Shown here: positions 27,383 to 32,000 of the stretch, one piece after another
Numbering within the stretch: position 1 is the stretch's first letter
How the letters are laid out: the number at the start of each line of letters is the position of its first letter
NCBI GenBank assembly: GCA_038889235.1
Contig: JAWAHN010000003.1
Location: 203,703-235,702, forward strand
Origin: Candidatus Jordarchaeales archaeon
GTDB lineage: Archaea > Asgardarchaeota > Jordiarchaeia > Jordiarchaeales > Freyrarchaeaceae
DNA: 32,000 nt
Direction: 5' to 3'
The notes under the pieces: model-generated
The model's input: only the letters and a program-made list of their open reading frames with translations
What the model was told of the DNA's origin: nothing
Databases searched by the model: none
Program-made: the position numbers and the translations under genes

Positions 27383-27420
27383 TTTTTCTTTTTACAGTTT
27401 CACCAAGTTTTTTTATTTTT
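27383..27420 (+). terminator. Oligo-T tracts between convergent genes
   Basis: tttttcttttt and tttttttattttt lie downstream of the Fe-S gene stop. Confidence 0.45.
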
Positions 27421-27470
27421 CAGCTCCCCAGTTTGCCCCGAACGGTTGAAAGGAGTTCTTCGTCCCCGTT

Positions 27471-30400
27471 TCACTTTATGGACGCCAGGTTCCCTATGAG
27501 AACCCATGGGAGCTCTTCCGGAGACTTTATGACTTTTAGTATGCTTGCAGCTGAGCACATTTCCTTGAGATGTCTGGGTTCTCTGCCCATAGTTATGTAG
27601 ACGACCCTTATACCCTTGCTCTCCGCTTCCTCTATTGCCACTTTCACGTCTGGTATAGCGTTCTCCTCTTGCTCGTAGCCTTCTGGTTCCCCGTCCGAGA
27701 ACACGAACATTATCTTTGTTTTAGCCTCGCGTTTAAGGAGCTCCTCGTAAGAGTACCTTATCGGTGCCCCCATTCTCGTTAGCCCCCCACTTCTCACGGC
27801 TCCAACCCTTTCCTGGATGGTGGCTGTCCACGGCTCATCAAAGTCCTTTGCTATGTATATCCTAGCCTTTCTGCCCTCCGTGTTGAACGCGTATATCGCG
27901 AACTTGTCTCCTAAAGCGTTGCACGCGTCGCCGAAAAGTATCGCTGAGATCTTCAGGCTGTTTATTATCCTGCTCGTCGACCCACTTGCGTCTATTAAGA
28001 GGACTGCGGCGACGTCCCTCGAGTCCCTGTGAATTTTGTCGAATATCCTCTTCTCTCTGCGGTCACAGTGCGCGTCCACTATGCCGTCCATGTTGAGCTC
28101 GCTTCCATCCAGGACGCGCCTCTCCACCTTGAACTTTCTTGGAACTATCTTTTCGAGCTCGTTAATCAACTGCTGCCTCACGTAAGAGTACTCGTACAGG
28201 GACGGGATCGGGGCGCCCTTCTGGATTCGTATCTCATCCACGTTTATCCAAAGTGAGTACGTCTTAAACTGCTCATCCCACTCTGGAACCTTCCTCATGC
28301 TGTGGGCTTCCTCAGCTTCCTCGATGGTCGTCTTGCACACCCTGGCTGTCAGCTGCTCAGCGTATTTCTCTTTCAGCTCTTGGAGCTTGTCTGTGCTAAA
28401 CTCCTCGGATGGGATCACCGACTCCTGGTTCTCAGAAGACTCCATGTCGCTTTCAGCCTGCTCGCTTTCAGGCGGCTCGGGAATGTAGTCCTTTAGCAGC
28501 TCTACGAGTTTGAGAGAGGTTTCAACGGAGTCTAGTACTGTTCCACCCTTAACCCGCTCCGCTTCTTTCACCGCCTGCTCAATGAGCTCACTGTACTTTT
28601 CCAATTCAATCTTTTCAAGCTCTATGTAGGCTTTCGCCCTTTGAACGGACCACCCTTTCTTCTCGAGCAAATCCTGCTTCAGCAACTCTTCTAGGTGTTC
28701 GCCTTTAGTCTTGCCGTGAACTATCTTTTCCAGCACTAATTCTAGGAGTGGTGACGGGCTGCTCTGTATGGTCCTCTTCCTAAGGTTGAAGAGGTTAACC
28801 GTCCTGACAAGTGGTTCTAGCTCGCTAAACTCCCTGATCAGGTGGTCTTCGCACCTGGCGTCTTCAAGCGCCGTGAATATCACCGTGGCAAGCCACGAGT
28901 GACCAGTTTTCTTGAATTCCTCGTAAAGCTTTGAGAGTGGGATCGCGAAGCTCCCATACCTTATGTGGCTTACAGCGTGGAGTGCTCCGTAAAGGTAGAG
29001 GAGCATGTTTCTTTCCTTGTCGGGGAACTCGTTTATCACCGATGGTAGGTATATGTGCTTTCCGTCGCTTCTAGGCCCGTCCTTGCTTGGAACTATTGGT
29101 ATAGAGCCGCATAGCGGCGTCAACCACGCCATGAGATCGCCTTTCACGTCGTTAAGGTGCAAGCCGCCCTTGAGCCAGCCCACTGGGTTGGCGAATATAG
29201 CGAGAAGCTCACTTTTGTCTAGGTCCGTGATTCTCTTTTCAAGCATCGATATGTAGAGTGACAGTAGGTCTGGCTCGTCGAACTGCTGCACGGAGGCGAG
29301 GAAGGCTTCGCCTAACCCTATCCCTTCAAGCAATTGGAATATTCCAGCAGCCTTCAAAACTTGTTTTACACTTTTTATCGGGGCCTGAAGAAGGAAGTCC
29401 ATGAGGGGCGGTCTCTTCTCTATTATTGACATTACGCTTTTCAGGTGTGTTATCCCTTCTCTCTTGTACTTGTCAATGAACTTCTTTATGGTCTGGTAGC
29501 CCATGCTGCTGAGGTTGCCGAGCCGCCCTATTAGTGAAACTATCTCCTTGCTTGTGACTTCATCTATCTCCTTGTTTGAAAGGATCTCTTCCAGTCTCTT
29601 CCTTACGCTGAAACGCTTATCGTCGCTCAGGACCTTTACTTCATATGTTATGGAGAGTATGTCGCTGCTTGTAATCTTCTTCAGCTTCGGGTTGGATATT
29701 ATCTCGAGGATGGTGTTGTAGCCTGTGTCGTTGAGGTACTTGAGCTCCCATATGAGCTCTGCTAGGTCGTCTGGCTCCACTTGGACTATCTTCGGGTTTA
29801 GTATGACGTTTCTTATACGCTCCCTGAAGTCTAGGGGCTTAACGATGCGGTGCCTCCTCAGCCTGCTGGCTAAGGCGAGCAGGTGTTTCCCCTCTATCTT
29901 TGAGAGCACGTTGCTTTCAAGTATCTCTAGCAGTATCTCGTAGCCCTCATCTGTGAGCTCTTCGAACTTGTCGACGAACTCTAGCAGGTTGTTCTCGTTT
30001 CCTATTTCGACCTTGGGGTTACTCAGTATTCTGATGAGGATAGAGTAGTACTTGTCGCCGAGGCGGGAGAGCTGGCTTATGAGCTTGAGCAGCAACCCAC
30101 CTTCGAGCGAAGCGACCTTGGAAGCTGAAAGCACCTCTTTAAGCCTGTGCATGACCAAGTTGAAGGTCTCATTGCTCATGTCTCTTATCTCCGCTATTAT
30201 CCAAGCAAGGTTGTTTCCACCTATCTCGGTCACGTGGTTTGACGAGAAAACTTCTAGAAGTCTCTTGTACCTGTCCTCCCCCAACAGTTTTAGCCCCCTT
30301 ATTAGCGAGGGAATGCTGTTCCCCTCGACTTTGTTGACGCTGTCTAGCAATAGCAGTTCGCTCAACCTCTTCTCCAGGACTTTGATCTCGCTGTCATCGA

Positions 30401-30944
30401 GCTGCGCGACTTCCGACACTAGGAGGGGGATACAATAACTGCTGATCTGGGTGAACTTACTCCTCGAGAGGAGGAACTTCAGGAAATCTTTGTGTTGCTC
30501 TGAGAGCTTGCCGCACTCCCTGAAAGTGCTAGGGAGGTCGCGTCCATCTATTGAGCTAACGGCAAGCTCGCCCAGCATCTGTCTTAGGAAGAACTCCACT
30601 GAGACGCTTTTCTCGCCGAGCCTCTCCACCTCGTAGAGCAACCTTATAATGTTTCGTTCACCAACGCTGCCTACCTTGGGGTTCTCAATTATTCTAGCGA
30701 TAATGTTTCGTTGAACCCTGGTGAGGTTCTTAAGCTTGTGGGCGAACTCCACAAGCACCTCTAACGAGGTGAACTTGACTTTCCCGCCTTCAATTATTCT
30801 CCTTACATCTTCCACTATTTCCGACCCAAAGGACTGAAGTAAAATATCCAGAGCTCTATCTATGTCAAATCCGGAAGAAGTGTTCTCAAACTCTCTTCTC
30901 AAGCTCCTAAACCTCTCAAACGTGGCATAAACCTCCTTCAACAC
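27471..30944 (-). CDS. CbbO/NorD-type VWA (MIDAS) protein with a large N-terminal helical-repeat extension
   Basis: SDGKHIYLP...LEDAR, PEWD...Y..W, DGSELNMDGIV, RDVAAVLLIDASGST (MIDAS DxSxS), GLTRMG and FSDGEP. About 590 extra N-terminal residues precede these motifs. Confidence 0.88.
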   Translation of the reverse strand: MLKEVYATFERFRSLRREFENTSSGFDIDRALDILLQSFGSEIVEDVRRIIEGGKVKFTSLEVLVEFAHKLKNLTRVQRNIIARIIENPKVGSVGERNIIRLLYEVERLGEKSVSVEFFLRQMLGELAVSSIDGRDLPSTFRECGKLSEQHKDFLKFLLSRSKFTQISSYCIPLLVSEVAQLDDSEIKVLEKRLSELLLLDSVNKVEGNSIPSLIRGLKLLGEDRYKRLLEVFSSNHVTEIGGNNLAWIIAEIRDMSNETFNLVMHRLKEVLSASKVASLEGGLLLKLISQLSRLGDKYYSILIRILSNPKVEIGNENNLLEFVDKFEELTDEGYEILLEILESNVLSKIEGKHLLALASRLRRHRIVKPLDFRERIRNVILNPKIVQVEPDDLAELIWELKYLNDTGYNTILEIISNPKLKKITSSDILSITYEVKVLSDDKRFSVRKRLEEILSNKEIDEVTSKEIVSLIGRLGNLSSMGYQTIKKFIDKYKREGITHLKSVMSIIEKRPPLMDFLLQAPIKSVKQVLKAAGIFQLLEGIGLGEAFLASVQQFDEPDLLSLYISMLEKRITDLDKSELLAIFANPVGWLKGGLHLNDVKGDLMAWLTPLCGSIPIVPSKDGPRSDGKHIYLPSVINEFPDKERNMLLYLYGALHAVSHIRYGSFAIPLSKLYEEFKKTGHSWLATVIFTALEDARCEDHLIREFSELEPLVRTVNLFNLRKRTIQSSPSPLLELVLEKIVHGKTKGEHLEELLKQDLLEKKGWSVQRAKAYIELEKIELEKYSELIEQAVKEAERVKGGTVLDSVETSLKLVELLKDYIPEPPESEQAESDMESSENQESVIPSEEFSTDKLQELKEKYAEQLTARVCKTTIEEAEEAHSMRKVPEWDEQFKTYSLWINVDEIRIQKGAPIPSLYEYSYVRQQLINELEKIVPRKFKVERRVLDGSELNMDGIVDAHCDRREKRIFDKIHRDSRDVAAVLLIDASGSTSRIINSLKISAILFGDACNALGDKFAIYAFNTEGRKARIYIAKDFDEPWTATIQERVGAVRSGGLTRMGAPIRYSYEELLKREAKTKIMFVFSDGEPEGYEQEENAIPDVKVAIEEAESKGIRVVYITMGREPRHLKEMCSAASILKVIKSPEELPWVLIGNLASIK
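29487..30803 (-). repeat. Protein-level tandem repeat: 12 units of 35/38/39 aa in the VWA protein (aa 48-486)
   Basis: Manual alignment gives consensus xxILSNPKVxxIxxxxLxxLIxELxxLxDxGYxxI. Unit lengths are 35,38,35,39,35,39,35,35,39,35,39,35. The repeats are not obvious at DNA level. Confidence 0.8.
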
Positions 30945-31148
30945 TTAAATGTAGTAGAGGGCGTTGCGAGGAGAAGTAGAACACAGTCGCCGGTAGAGTA
31001 TTAAAGCCAAGAGAATGGTGGTTCAGGGGTAAGGCTTGTTTCCGGGCGGCCTTCGATGGGCGCCCCACAGTTCCACGTCCCATAAACCAGAGGAGGGTGC
31101 TCGGTATAAATACATTTTGGTAAGAATGCCTCATGTGCCCGCGGCGAC

Positions 31149-32000
31149 TTATATCCCTTCAAGGGTTTCTAGGGGGATCTTCCTAAGGCCGACGTAGTAC
31201 GCCACAGCTTCAACTATCTTTCTAACCTCGGTCGCCTGTGAGGGTTTAAGGTTCGCGCTGAGGTTGTCGGCAACGCGCTCAACGCTCTCGTTCAAGGCGT
31301 CTCTTTCACCGAACAACTTGTAGGTTTCAAGGTACGCGTCGATCGCCTTGTGGAGTATTCTCTGCGTTGGACACCTTATCTGCCCAGGGGCTAGCTTCTG
31401 GTGTAGGAACGAGGAAATGAGGTCTGCAAGCTCCACGTTTTGAAGCTGTATGGTTCCATACTCGTATACTTGTCTGAGCTTGTCGACGAGGTCGGCTATC
31501 TTCCTCATGTTGGAGATGTGCTCCTCGAGCCCAGCTTCCTCCATGAGCTTGTCACTGTACTCCTTAGGCACATTCTGAACAGCGACGTACGAAAAGCTCG
31601 GCTCTTCGTCAACCTTCTTCTCCTTGAAGTCGCGCCAGCACCCTGAGTCCCACACCATTGGGATAAACTCTTTCTCACCCAGCCATATTCCACGGTACTG
31701 CACTGGGCCGTTCAGTTTCGACGCCTCCATCGCCATCTCCTCAAACTTCTCCTGTTTCACCTTCCTCGTCTCGACGAGGGAGATCAAAAGTTGAACTTCA
31801 ACCTCGTGGTACTTGAACTTGAGAGTGTTAAACCTGTCGAGCGCTGGCTCAGGCATCTGCGAGCCTACTCTCCCGATCTCCGTCGGGTTATAAGATACGA
31901 TTATCATGTAGTCAGTTCCACCGATTTCCTCGCCGTTTGGAAGCAAGCCACGCCTCCTAGTGTCAAGCCAGGGGAAAAGCGTTGGCCATATTTCAGCCCT
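31149..32000 (-). CDS. MoxR-family AAA+ ATPase, CbbQ/NorQ-like (5' part beyond window)
   Basis: Frame is open to base 32000 (RAEIWPTLFPWLDTRRRG). Contains MIIVSYNP and sensor/arginine-finger ALDRF. Immediately upstream of a CbbO/NorD-type VWA gene. Walker A/B lie outside the window. Confidence 0.78.
   Translation of the reverse strand, partial: RAEIWPTLFPWLDTRRRGLLPNGEEIGGTDYMIIVSYNPTEIGRVGSQMPEPALDRFNTLKFKYHEVEVQLLISLVETRKVKQEKFEEMAMEASKLNGPVQYRGIWLGEKEFIPMVWDSGCWRDFKEKKVDEEPSFSYVAVQNVPKEYSDKLMEEAGLEEHISNMRKIADLVDKLRQVYEYGTIQLQNVELADLISSFLHQKLAPGQIRCPTQRILHKAIDAYLETYKLFGERDALNESVERVADNLSANLKPSQATEVRKIVEAVAYYVGLRKIPLETLEGI

Noticed and set aside
30916-31134. 72-aa ORF between the AAA and VWA genes
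   Set aside because: Overlaps the VWA start out of frame, has no motifs and lacks a clear RBS.
289-31693. Numerous 60-210-aa ORFs antisense to or nested in the called genes
   Set aside because: They are shadow ORFs of long GC-balanced coding regions with no independent motifs.
1-32000. CRISPR arrays, tRNA/rRNA, IS elements, integrases, inteins
   Set aside because: By eye I found no regularly spaced direct repeats, tRNA T-loop/cloverleaf, transposase or integrase motifs, or intein insertions in rgy or the helicase. tRNAscan-SE, CRISPRCasFinder and ISEScan would be decisive.

Overview
Chromosomal segment of a (hyper)thermophilic, probably anaerobic archaeon. Evidence: reverse gyrase, a tungsten-type aldehyde:ferredoxin oxidoreductase, NurA/HerA, TATA-like promoters and GGAGG/GGTG ribosome-binding sites. 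The lineage cannot be fixed from sequence alone. About 22 genes can be supported. In order: herA-nurA (minus), a CNCC-type Fe-S protein, an A/T-richer patch of small two-TM membrane genes (two paralogues plus one frameshifted gene), a tandem DGC-domain pair, a GvpD-like and a KaiC-like ATPase, a Zn-dependent ADH, ferredoxin-aor, an ADP-ribosylglycohydrolase, a secreted permuted NlpC/P60 protein, an Hrq1/MrfA-type helicase head-to-head with reverse gyrase, a TldD-like protein, pyrE, a Cys-containing ArsR-type regulator divergent from a second CNCC Fe-S protein, and a CbbQ/NorQ-type AAA+ ATPase (cut by the window end) with a CbbO/NorD-type VWA partner. The most striking observation is in the VWA partner. 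It carries an N-terminal array of 12 tandem 35/39-aa helical repeats that I cannot assign to a named family, suggesting a MoxR-VWA chaperone with an alpha-solenoid adaptor and an unknown client. I saw no rRNA, tRNA, CRISPR array, transposase, integrase or intein.
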